The notes: generated by a model not told the origin, from the sequence alone. Counted from the first letter of the stretch, positions 25,748-37,634 are shown. The stretch: 56,564 bases of DNA from Octopus bimaculoides (GCF_001194135.2 NC_068983.1:95792323-95848886); one strand, 5' to 3'. Made by a program: numbers and translations.

Positions 25748-27355
25748 TTATTTCTTTATTTGCTCCCAGGGCGAAGGACGAGGGGGACAATACAAAGACA
25801 AACATAAAGTGTTGGGGTTTACACATACTGAAATTATAAAATAAATATAGAAAGTATACACTGTTTACAATAAAACAAAGACTGGGAGTATACATACAAC
25901 AGTAAAGGGAAAGAAGAAAGGGAAAAAGGATGATAGTGATGTGGTCCTAATACAGGAGGACCTCTAGGGATAATCGAGAAACCCCACAATTCACGATCTC
26001 CTTAAACCTCTCCAATTTCTCCTCTCTGATTCACAGATCTATACTAAGAGCGGTACCGCCTACTCTTGCCACTTTCGCGACATTCACACACCTTTCAATA
26101 AATTAACTCGAAGATAGCACTTCCCACTCCACCATCGCTTTCCTTTTCAAATGAAACTTGCAAAAGTCAATGAGGGCTCTACCAAAGAAGAATGTCTCTG
26201 TCCTCATGCCTTTCAGCCTCGTCCAGCAGACAACCTTTCACCACAGCCACCTGGCAAAGGAAAACTGCCTTACCTGCCCGATTAAAGGAAAATGGTGGGG
26301 TAGTCATCACTATGGGCCCGGCTGATAGGCGTAACCATCCCACACGCGACAGCATCTGTTTGACATAACCCCGACAAGTCAGCAAAGCCCGGACACTGAA
26401 CAAATGCGTGCAGAATGGTTTCGTTGTTCCGTACGCACCTCGTAGAAGCCTGTCTGATAGCATATCCACGCCCGTAAAATTTATCGCACACCGGTAGCAC
26501 TCCCACCCTCACCCCGGTAGCAATTACTAGGCCAAGGCCAAGGGCATCTGGAAATTGTCAAATGGAAAAGTCCTCCGAAACAGACTATCCAGTTCGTTTT
26601 CATCAACACCCAGATTCTCTCCGAGGACGTCCTCGTACTTACCCGCCACTAACTCTCTATATATTATAAAAGTGCGTCAACCACCGATCCAGTTGTTCAA
26701 CTGGTAAAAGGGTGTGAGCGCCTGACGACATTTTAGGTGCCAGGTGTCCAGTCACGGTCTAGAGAGCTGTAGAAAGATGTGCTTCACAAACGGAACGCAC
26801 ACACGTTCACCTCTCAGAAATCGCTGCAGATGGTGCGACCTGAGCGCATGCCTGTGCATCAGGAGCCAGGGCATGCGTAAGCCGCCATGCATACGTTGCT
26901 GGCAGCAGACTGGACCCCTGACCATTGGAACGCGTTCTTTCCACAAGAAAATAAATAAGAGACTCTCCAACTTGATCAAGCAGTAACTGGGGTAAGGCAC
27001 AATCGTCAGACGATAAACGATGACAGGTGATGTAAGCATTCGCCACCTATTCCCGACCTTTTAAGGACAGCTTATTCCCTGCCCATTTCTGAGCAAGACT
27101 GAGCACCCTGTTTGTCACCTCGTCCCAATTCTTATATAGCCGGACTGACTCAACTAGAACCAAGCAGTTAGCTGCTTCGTCAGTCCAGCATCCAACGACA
27201 CCGTCCGGCGGCATCAACCCGCCTCTCCAAGAGCCCAGCCACAAGCCCACTGACTTGGCGTCGATTTTGCCTCCTGCAACCAACTCGTATTCCTTTAGAA
27301 TAGTGCCGACCGTCTCCACTTCGGTGTCCGACACTATGCTATTGCTAGAGTAATT
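25748..27355 (-). mobile_element. Decayed Tx1/L1-clade LINE, 3' half of ORF2 plus 3'UTR
   Basis: VSDTEVETVGTILKEYE...GLWLGSW, QKWAGNKLSLKGR, VIVYRLT..FIFLWK...HGGLRMP, C..NNETILHAFVQCP (CCHC finger); ends aataaagaaataa + (ATT)n. Confidence 0.8.
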
Positions 27356-27379
27356 TTGAAATGAGCTGAAGATGAGGTT

Positions 27380-28150
27380 TTTATGTTTGTAGTTGTTTTT
27401 GTTGAGATTTCGGAGGGGGCTCTTTCTTGTCCAAATTATTCCTTAATGAATCGGTGGGAGATGGATAAATCTGATCGAAAGAGTAATTTGAGTCGTTGTT
27501 GTTCGTTTGCAAAGCAGGAAGTTTAGGAAGAGTTTGCTCTTCAGTGGGAGCCGGTGGAGTAGGGAACAAACAGTTCCACTGCTCATGGGGTTGTGTAGAT
27601 GCAGTAGTGAAGTTGTCACCAAGGGTGATTTCCGTGTCTTTAATCGATGGGAGAAATCTTTTTGATAGGTTGAATTTCTGCAGGTGAAACACTTAGCCAT
27701 TCGACTCTCAGCCACAACGCTTATGGATTCCACACCTTCCATGTAAATTCTGTCAGGGATCCTATACTTTCTGTTACCATCAATTCGTCTAAAACCAACA
27801 AAGAATTTTTTGTTTTGTGCTCCAATAGATAGATCCTTATTATATTAAAATGCTTGGAGCGAATTCGTGATAAGAGATGAATTTTGGCGTTGTGGATAAA
27901 GATCTTCCGGGCAAAGATCTTCTGGGAAGTGACTGCTTGGCTGTTGAGCTCGACATTATTATATCATTCTACTTTAGCAAACCACTTCTTCGATATCACA
28001 TAGATCGTATCCTGAATGAGCAACGTAAAGCAGTCAATTGACAGAGTCGTTAATACGTGGAATGATAGAATGTCTTCTCTCTTTTTTCTCTTTCTCTTTT
28101 TTTCACTTTCTCTCTGGAACTAAGTTGTTGTCTTCAAACGTGCAGATGGA
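27380..28150 (-). pseudogene. Decayed L1/Tx1-type ORF1 (gag-like) fragment
   Basis: RIDGNRKYRIPDRIYMEGVESISVVAESRMAKCFTCRNSTYQKD (degenerate zinc knuckle after a VV.EGR-like motif), then a Pro/Thr-rich tail. Confidence 0.5.
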
Positions 28151-28170
28151 TGGGTTTCCGCCCAGTTTAA

Positions 28171-28345
28171 CCCTTTTGATATCAAATCACATGAGACAGA
28201 CCCTGGTTCTATGATGCAAATTTCATGTTTTAAAAGCGATAAAAAAATATCCATGTTAATTAATGTTCCATACACTTGATTAATAACAACAAAAGCTATT
28301 TTTCAAAATTTTTCATTATTTTCAAAATTAATTGAAACGAAAGGG
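28171..28345. mobile_element. piggyBac-like MITE remnant
   Basis: ttaa|cccttttgatatc at left and aacgaaaggg at right; the right TTAA is absent where a SINE head abuts. Confidence 0.5.
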
Positions 28346-28774
28346 GCAGGCATAGCTGTGTGGTAAGAAACTTGCGAGTTGGCAAAAACGTTAGGACGCC
28401 GGACGAAATGCTTAGCGGAATTTCGTCTGCCGCCACGTTCTGCGTTCAAATTCCATCGAGGTCGACTTTGCCTTTCATCCTTTCGGTGTCGATTAAATAA
28501 ATACCGGTTACGCACTGGGGTAGATATAATCGACTTAATCCGTTTGTCTGTCCTTGTTTGTTCCCTGTTTGTGTAGCCCCTAGTGGGAAGTAAAGAAATA
28601 AGAAGCTTGCTTCCCAACCACATGGTTCTGGGTTCAGTCCCACTAGATGACACGTTAGGTAAGTGTCTTCTACTATAGTCTCGGGCCGACCAAAGCCTTG
28701 TGAGTGGATTTGGTACATGGAAACTTAAAGAAGCTCGTCGTATATAAATATATATATATATATACATATATATT

Positions 28775-28815
<41 letters not shown>

Positions 28816-29100
28816 GTGTGTGTCTCTCTCTCTCTCTCTATATATATATATCTATATGTACGTTTTTATGTTTGTGTTTGTCTCATATCACCGTTTGACA
28901 ACCGATACTGATCTGTTTACGTCCCCGTAACTAAGCAGTTCAGCAAAAGAACCGATACGAAAAATACTAGGCTTAACAAAATAAAATAAAATAAAATAAG
29001 TACTGAGGTCGATTCATTCGTCTTAGAAAAAAACATTCTCCAAGGCGGTGCCCCAGCATGGCCGCAGTATAATGAGTGAAACAAATAAAAGTTAAAAGAT
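28343..29100 (+). mobile_element. SINE family A, interrupted by a family-B SINE
   Basis: Head ggcatagctgtgtggtaag resumes after the insert as ttcccaaccacatggttctgggttcagtccc; internal microsatellite; tail gaaacaaataaaag. Confidence 0.9.
28376..28598 (+). mobile_element. SINE family B nested in a family-A head, with 12-bp TSD
   Basis: TSD taagaaacttgc (28364-28375) / taagaagcttgc (28599-28610). Confidence 0.9.
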
Positions 29101-29217
29101 TCCCCCAACACACCAAAGAAAGGAAAGAAAAAAGGAATTAAATTATACGTAAGTTTCTTTTGACTTATTTTGGAGTAGTTTAGAACATTTAGGAAGAAGC
29201 TGACCCAAAAATTATGC

Positions 29218-29615
29218 ATCTTTTATCCTTCATCTTTTACTTGTTTCAGTCATTAGACTGCGGCCATGCTGGAAAAAATTTAGTCGAATGTATATCGACC
29301 CCAGTACATTTTTTAAGCTTGGTACTTATACCATCGATAACTTTTGCCGAACCGCTAAGCTACAGGGACATCAACATATTAACACCGGTAGTCAAGCGGT
29401 GGAAGGGGAACAAACACACACACACACACACACACAAATATATATATGTGTGTACGACGGGCTTCTTTCAGTTTCCATTTACCAAATCCACTCACAAGGC
29501 TTTGATCAGCCCGAAGCAATAGTAGAAGACGCTTGCCCAAGATGCCACACAATGGGACTGAACCCAGAATCATGTGGTTGGGAAGCGAGCTTCTTACCAT
29601 ACAGCCACACCCGCG
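29218..29615 (-). mobile_element. SINE family A
   Basis: cttttacttgtttcagtcattagactgcggccatgctgg...gggactgaacccagaatcatgtggttgggaag. Confidence 0.9.
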
Positions 29616-29616
29616 C

Positions 29617-29688
<72 letters not shown>

Positions 29689-29689
29689 G

Positions 29690-29850
29690 TCGGAGTTCTT
29701 CCAGCTTCCGTATACCAGTTCCTCTCATAAACTTTTGGGTCGGCTCGAGGCTATAGCAGAAGACACTTGCTCAAGGTGCCATGCAGTAGGACTGAACCCA
29801 GTACCATGTGGTTAGGAACCAAGCTTCTTATCACACAGCCACGCCTGCAC
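29690..29850 (-). mobile_element. SINE family A head fragment
   Basis: gaggctatagcagaagacacttgctcaaggtgccatgcagtaggactgaaccc..cacacagcca. Confidence 0.8.
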
Positions 29851-30775
29851 CTATAGCCACTGAGTTTTAGTACGATAGCGATCGTTATTGTTGAATGAAT
29901 CATCGGACCAAGTATGAAGAAAAAGAACGAGCAAACAAACGAAACTTTCTATATGCTGGTATCTGCCATAAGATAGACAAGAGACTACCGACAGCATTGC
30001 TGCACGCCCCCAAACTTTAGCATCTACTTTATCTCATTGCTCACCAAACTTCAAGATTTCTCTTTCTTTCATAGCTAAGTAGGTTCTATGCAGATAGAAG
30101 TTTATAATGACAGAGAGAGAAAATAGCAGCGCTCATGACACTAAACTGTACACGTCAGATTGTGCTGTGCTTTCTTAGAAACACTTGAAGTTTGATTGCT
30201 TATTGCTGAAGTCAAACTGTTGGCTAAGGAATTTGCCAACTTCTCTTATATCAGCCATAAACTGTTTTCAAAACCATAAAACATTTCTTGACTCTCGTAT
30301 CATTTACTTATAATTTTTTTTTCTGTATCCAAACGACAGCAGCTTTTGTCCCTGCCTGTCATCTTTCGTTGTTCGTGGTGAGTGGCGGGGTGAGATACAT
30401 ACTCTCATACATACATTCGCATACTCTCTTACACGCTCTCTTTCTTTCACTCCCTTGCTGTCGCTCTCTTTCTGTCTTTCTCTCTCACAGACACATACCC
30501 ACACATACATATGTAGGGAGTTAGCGTGGATGGCTTTTGTGTATATGTAAATATATATAAACACACACACTCACACACACATATATATGCATATATATGC
30601 ATTCATATATTTGTATATTATATAATATAAATGTATGTATGTATGTATGTATGATGTGTGATCGTATCTATATATACATATGTACATAAGTAGGCGCGAA
30701 CAGTTCTTAGTTTGTGTAAATTGTGGTGTATTAATGTACTTTCTATTTTAATAACAACAACATATATATCTTATT

Positions 30776-30776
30776 T

Positions 30777-30835
<59 letters not shown>

Positions 30836-31001
30836 ATTGTTTGCTTTCTGTTTATCTTCTTTGACAGTTCGATGTTTACAGAGTAACACCAATAATAATA
30901 AAAATAAAGAAGAAGAAGAAGAAAAAGAAGAAGAAGAAGAAGAAGAAGAAGAAGAAGAAGAAGAAGAAGAAGAAGAAGAAGAAGAAGAAGAAGAAGAAGA
31001 A
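30776..31001. repeat. (TTG)n and (AAG)n microsatellites
   Basis: Direct reading; produce the poly-L/E/T pseudo-ORFs. Confidence 0.95.
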
Positions 31002-31924
31002 ATAACAGCAACAACTCGATTAGGTGGAATGATGTATGCGTCTTCTCAATTTGCTCGACCATTGAGGGTTATCTTTCGCTCAAATGATTTCTGGATGCCA
31101 TTACTATCCTGCTCGTAAGCAGCTTAACAAGTCCATTGGTCCATCATTGAATATTTCTAGTCGGTAACATGAACATAGTTTTCTGGGTAGCGAGCTGCAC
31201 ACTCACTGACTCGTCCGAGTTAACTTTTGCTCTTCTTAAGGCCTCGCTTTTCTTTAGAACAGTATCCAAAATCCATCGATTTCTGACGTGTACAATATCA
31301 TTGCCATGACGTCGTCAGCATATACCGGAATGGGGCCCTATCGCTTACTAGTTTAAACGGGATGCATCTCAAAGTCCCGAATTTCTGCAGAAGTAGCTCA
31401 AGAAAGAATACATACAGAAAAGATGAGAGAGAAAACGGATTATATGTGTAATTTGCAGCGGTTTCGATAGGTGGAGATTTAGTTTGACCGCCGATCAAAT
31501 ACCAGTTGCTAAATAGGGATGGTCATCTCTATTGAAAGTTTTCATTTGATGTAAATTGGTTACTTCACCCTCGAAGTTAGGTTTGTTACCCTCTCTATCT
31601 ACACTATGTTGAATGAAAGAGGTTGTGGTCAGCAGATTTGTCCGGAATTTCACTGGCCTTGCGCCTTCCCGACCACACAGCCGATGAGAATTAATCTCTT
31701 TGCTAGTGCCTTGATACAAAACGTATTACATTGCATTCAACAGAGTTAGGGGTTTAGAAATTATCAATAATGTTCCTGTGTTCTTTTTCGGCTGCGTAAC
31801 TACCATGTGTCTCAAACATTGAGAAATCTCCCGTTCTACGACCAGTGGATGTAGACGTCGGCTAAGATATCGGCGAACAAATCTAGCACACACGCATACG
31901 CACATAACCACACAGACACACACA

Positions 31925-31959
<35 letters not shown>

Positions 31960-31991
31960 GCACGCACACACACACGCACGCACACACTCAT

Positions 31992-32025
<34 letters not shown>

Positions 32026-32911
32026 TCTCTCTTGCACTTTCTCGCTTTCGTATAAACACATGAAGCTCGAATGTTTGACAATTGAGTCGAGGCGATTCGC
32101 CCCTCAACTACCAATTACTACCAACCCATATCTCAGCTGCTGTTATCAGCATTCTGCTGCACTTCACGTCCTGTAGTGAGTGCCACGCATGCCGTTGAGG
32201 TAGGCACTAAAATCTTCGACTCGTTTCCAGTATAGTACTTGCCACAAACATCTGAGTAATCTACCACTGGAAAACTGTTCACATCTGCCTGGGAACGAGT
32301 AACACATTCCTGTCACACAATATCGACATCACTAAGAAAGAAAAAAAAAAAGAACACGTAAAAAACAATATATTAAAGAAGTAAATACAAACAAGCAGTA
32401 ACAATTTTGACGAAATATAAAGAAACAACAAACACAAGTAAACAAGAAGAAAAAGTCTAACACCAAGTAAACAAACAAACAGAGACAGTTAAACAATTGA
32501 TGACAGATGGAAGTGTTCTATTGGACTGAACATATTTTAACATGGCGGACACAGTTTTTTCTCCAGCGCTCACATCATCGTTTATTTTCCCTTTCTCCGT
32601 TTCTGTTTGTCTATAGATCAGGAGACGTCATATGTTTAATAACATTTATATGTCACTAGATTGTCAGACAAACAATATGTAATGAAATGGACAGAGATCA
32701 TATTTGGTCGTGTTTTTCAAGAGCTCAATGTTCAATATGTTGTTTGGATGACATATAAGAGGGATCGATCCGTCTGTCTGTCTGGCTGGCTGACTGTCTG
32801 TCTGTCTGTCTGTCTGTCTGTCTTCCGCAAATTATTTGTCTTTTATATATACATAGCAACACGCATGCGCACAGATGTACACGCTTTTCTCTGTATCTCT
32901 CACAGTATCAA

Positions 32912-32953
<42 letters not shown>

Positions 32954-33617
32954 ATATANNNNNNNNNNNNNNNNNNNNNNNNNNNNNNNNNNNNNNNNNN
33001 NNNNNNNNNNNNNNNNNNNNNNNNNNNNNNNNNNNNNNNNNNNNNNNNNNNNNNNNNNNNNNNNNNNNNNNNNNNNNNNNNNNNNNNNNNNNNNNNNNNN
33101 NNNNNNNNNNNNNNNNNNNNNNNNNNNNNNNNNNNNNNNNNNNNNNNNNNNNNNNNNNNNNNNNNNNNNNNNNNNNNNNNNNNNNNNNNNNNNNNNNNNN
33201 NNNNNNNNNNNNNNNNNNNNNNNNNNNNNNNNNNNNNNNNNNNNNNNNNNNNNNNNNNNNNNNNNNNNNNNNNNNNNNNNNNNNNNNNNNNNNNNNNNNN
33301 NNNNNNNNNNNNNNNNNNNNNNNNNNNNNNNNNNNNNNNNNNNNNNNNNNNNNNNNNNNNNNNNNNNNNNNNNNNNNNNNNNNNNNNNNNNNNNNNNNNN
33401 NNNNNNNNNNNNNNNNNNNNNNNNNNNNNNNNNNNNNNNNNNNNNNNNNNNNNNNNNNNNNNNNNNNNNNNNNNNNNNNNNNNNNNNNNNNNNNNNNNNN
33501 NNNNNNNNNNNNNNNNNNNNNNNNNNNNNNNNNNNNNNNNNNNNNNNNNNNNNNNNNNNNNNNNNNNNNNNNNNNNNNNNNNNNNNNNNNNNNNNNNNNN
33601 NNNNNNNNNNNNNNNNN

Positions 33618-33685
<68 letters not shown>

Positions 33686-34305
33686 GCATTTTGACTGAGA
33701 GAGAGAGTGTGTGTAAGGAGAGAGTCAGAATACATATGAATGCTTGGAAAAAGGTAGCTAAAATCTTAGAATACCAGAACATAGAAACCAAATGCCGAGG
33801 TTGGATTCCGCGTGGAATTTCTTTCTACTGCCACTCTAATGTCAATCAATATTCTTTGAAATGCTGAACCCAAAAGCTTCTTACCAAGACCATTTCTTAC
33901 GGCAATACGGTACCGAAAGCTCATTTTTCTCTTCTTTGTTATCTGTGGTTTTTTTTGGTATTTTTTTAATCCAAATATTTGACAGTGGTTTGTGGTATTT
34001 GACAAGTCTTCACTGCAATTATGTGAATGTAGGAAATAAAACTCGGACAGATTATATAGACAGATATAAAATATATGTTCACATAGTGCTATAAAGTAAA
34101 AATATTAAATGACATAGTTTTACATACATGCACACACAGACACACATACACGCACTGACACATACACTCGTACACTCACATACGTATTTTTATACGCGCA
34201 CGTGCATTTTTTCTCTTACTTTTTCTTTTCATTTTATATGATATTCGAAGAATGAAAATGAAATTTTAAATCCGAACACGCAGGCGGTCGCACACGCACA
34301 CACAC

Positions 34306-34341
<36 letters not shown>

Positions 34342-34806
34342 ACACACATGCATGTTTGTGTACGTAAGATGCCAGTAGGATATTTGGAAGTTCATGCTTT
34401 ATAGTTATCATACAATTTGTTATTTCAGCGGCTGTTAAGGTGCTGGAATGTAAATGAATCTAAGAGATTAATGGTTACGCACAAAATCTATTTGGAAATT
34501 GTAATTATTTAATCGAAGATGAAAAACAGCGCCCATGGCTAGTAGGAACAGTTCGTAATTTGGAGTTCCGATGGATAGCAGAAAAGTATGAATCGATTTG
34601 GTTTGCAATGTATTTCAAAACAACCAGAAACTCTGTGTCAGCTGTATAAAATGAGTGTGTTAACTGGTTAATGGTGAGATTACTTTCGTGAGAGTATCTT
34701 GATTAATTAACCAAAAAGCCCTTGGAAAGAAAAAAGAAAAAAGAAAATTGTGAGTAACTCTGTGCTTATTCACCAGATCCCTATTTCATTGTGCGGCGTC
34801 ATGTTA

Positions 34807-35010
34807 GGTGCGAGCTAGTAGAATCGTTAGCGCGTCGAAGAAAATGCTTAGATGCATTTCGTCCGACTTAGTTTAAATTCCTCCGAGGTCGACTTTGCCT
34901 TTTTTCTTTTCGGGTTCGCTCAATTAAGTACCAGCTGAGGGCTGGGGTCGACGTAATCGACTATCCGACTCCGCCAAAATTTCACGTTTTGTGTCTATGG
35001 TAGAAAGTAT
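34807..35010 (+). mobile_element. SINE family B
   Basis: ggtgcgagctagtagaatcgttagc..gaggtcgactttgcc..taagtaccag. Confidence 0.8.
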
Positions 35011-35578
35011 TATGCTTAGTCGGACGACCTTTTTTGTTTTTCGTTTTCATTTTATATATTTTTTAATAGTATATGTTCACCTTGCTCCAAAGTGCATGAC
35101 TTTGCAGAAGAAGAAAACATCAACATATCAAGCGTGATATATTTAGCAATCTAAGAAAGAAAGTCGGGTAACCTTGTTATGAATTTTGTATGTTACAGCT
35201 GTGTGATGACCACGAAAAATCATCAGAGATTTTGTATTAGTAGTAACTTTGGTGGTTTTTGTTGGGTGGCTTTCATTTGTTGGTGTTGTGAAAGATCCTT
35301 CACTGTTCTCCACTTTAGTCTTGAAGTTAGGTTGTTATGTCTCCATTGATCTTCATGATGACAGTGTATGTGCGCCATAATATTCTGACTATGTAGTTTC
35401 ACCTGTTTGGAAATTTCAAAGAAGTCTGATATTATCTGTCTCAGAGAATATGCTTCTAGAAAAGATAATAATCTTTAATAAACAATGTGTAAGGCATAAA
35501 TGGACAAGGTTGGCAGAATCTGGGTTGGAAGGGATCTATTATATTATTTTGTATTTATTATTTTTATTCCATTATTAA

Positions 35579-35696
35579 CCCTTTGAGCCCGTAACACCGG
35601 TTTACCGGTGGATGGCTTATATTTCTCTATACCGTAGCACCGGTGGAATGCCAGGTATATGATAAAATAAGGTTCAGGAGATCAGGGCTCAATGTG
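35579..35696. mobile_element. 118-bp piggyBac-like MITE
   Basis: TTAA on both sides (35575-35578, 35697-35700); TIRs ccctttgagccc / rc cacattgagccc (10/12). Confidence 0.7.
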
Positions 35697-35762
35697 TTAA
35701 TATCATTATTACTAAGAATGCGATTTTATTGTTACTGATGTTGTTATTAATATCATTATTAA

Positions 35763-36204
35763 GGCGGTGAGCTGGCAAAATCGTTAGCACGCAGGACAAA
35801 GTGCTTGGGGGCATTTTGTCCATTTTTTGAGTTTTGAGTTTAAATTCCGCCGGAGTCGACCTTGCCTTTCATCATTTCAGGGTCGATAAAATAAGTACCT
35901 GTTGAACATTGGAGTCAATGTTATCGATTTACCCTCTCACTCGAAATTGCTGACCTTGTGCCAAAATTTGAAATCATTATTATTATAATTACTAAGGCGA
36001 TGAACTGGCAGAATCTTTAGCACGTCGGATAAAATGCTCAGCGACATTTTGTCCGTCTTTACGTTCTGAGTTCAAATGCTGCTGAGTTTGACTTTTCCTT
36101 TCATTCTTTCGGGGGAGATAAAAAAAAAGTACCAGTGGAACACTGGAGTCGGTGTAATAGACTTATCCTCGCCTCCGAAATTGCTGGCCTTTGTCAAAAT
36201 TTGA
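35763..36204 (+). mobile_element. Tandem dimer of SINE family B (35763-35973 and 35996-36204)
   Basis: Two successive ggcg..ga(g/a)ctggca heads separated by an (ATT)n tail. Confidence 0.85.
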
Positions 36205-36205
36205 A

Positions 36206-36600
36206 GGCTATGTGGTAAGTAGCTTGCTTACCAATCATATGGTTCCGGTTTCAGTCCCACTGCGTGGCACCTTGGGCAAGTGTCTTCTACTATAGCCTCG
36301 GGCCGACCAAAGCCTTGTGAGTGGATTTGGTAGACGGAAACTGAAAGAAACCTGTCGTATATATGTATATGTGTGTGTGTGTGTATGTCTGTCTGTTTGT
36401 GCCTGTGTGTCTGTGTTAGTCCCCCCACCATCGCTAGACAACTGACGCTGGTGTGTTTACATCCCCTTAACTTAGCGGTTCGGCAAAAAAACTCGATAGA
36501 ATAAGTACTAGGCTTACAAAGAATAAGTCCTGGGGTCGATTTGCTCGACTAAAGGCGGTGCTCCAGCATGGCCGCAGTAAAATGACTGAAACAAGTAAAT
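36206..36600 (+). mobile_element. Complete SINE family A
   Basis: Gap-free copy: tRNA-like head, short (TA/TG) core, ...ggccgcagtaaaatgactgaaacaagtaaa tail. Confidence 0.9.
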
Positions 36601-37532
36601 GATATATACACACATATGTATATATACAGTGAAAGAGAGAGAAAGTGCGACTTAATGGGAAGGGGGCTTCCCTTCTCGACCTTACTACATTCCTTATGTA
36701 CACTAATGCTCTCACTTCCTTCTGTTTTATTCACCTATGGTAACCTAACTGTTCGTAATTTTATACTAGTGAATAGAAGAGCGTGCATCTCTATTTGTGC
36801 CGTATTATTGCCAATAATACTAATGGAGAATGCCATCAGGATTTGTTATGTAACAAGAGATTTAAACTCACGTAATTGATGTATGCCGCCATTTTGAAAC
36901 GCTTACATTATATGAAGCATAAATGCCGTTTACGTTCTCTGGGTTTCTTTTTCTATACTTCTATATCAATATGTGTGTGTATTATGTGCGTGTCTGTATG
37001 TATGTATATATGTACGATTGTATATGTTTTCTTTCTTAATTTTTGGGTCAAGAAAGAGGGCAATACCCATGGACGGAGACTAGTTGGAGAGAGAGAAAGA
37101 AAAACATAACTTCAAACTGGATACCTGATCCGAATTCTTGCGCCACTGTGGATTCCGCTACAGGCTCTTGAAGTGACAAGTAGTGGTGTTAAACCGGACA
37201 ACGAATTGAGTGTACCGCACCAGAAGGTTATCACGGAATTTCAACCCTGGAACACAAAGTGCCAGGATAAATACAAGGTAACCGTTCAGATGTTCTTACA
37301 GTTCCACAAACCCACTACCTTGCATTGTATTTTTTTATGGCTGCGTGGTTAGGCACACTTTGCAACCATGCGCCTCCTGTTTCATCTTTAGAGTGCAATA
37401 ACTTTGGTAAGTATCGTCTATTATAACCCCGGACCGTCTAATGTATTGCGAGAGAATTTGACGGAACCTACGGGAAGCTCTTGAGTGTGTGTGTGGGGGG
37501 TGTAGACAGCCCACACATATGCATACACACAG

Positions 37533-37634
<102 letters not shown>

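Noticed and set aside
32300-32333. In-frame TGA read as selenocysteine in the minus-strand candidate exon
   Set aside because: No homology to a selenoprotein and no SECIS that I can identify
34465-34650. ~61-codon open frame (..DEKQRPWLVGTVRNLEFRW..)
   Set aside because: No convincing splice sites or start codon and no recognised homology; length compatible with chance
36206-36290. tRNA genes at SINE heads
   Set aside because: A/B boxes are present but there is no cloverleaf or acceptor stem, and they continue into SINE bodies
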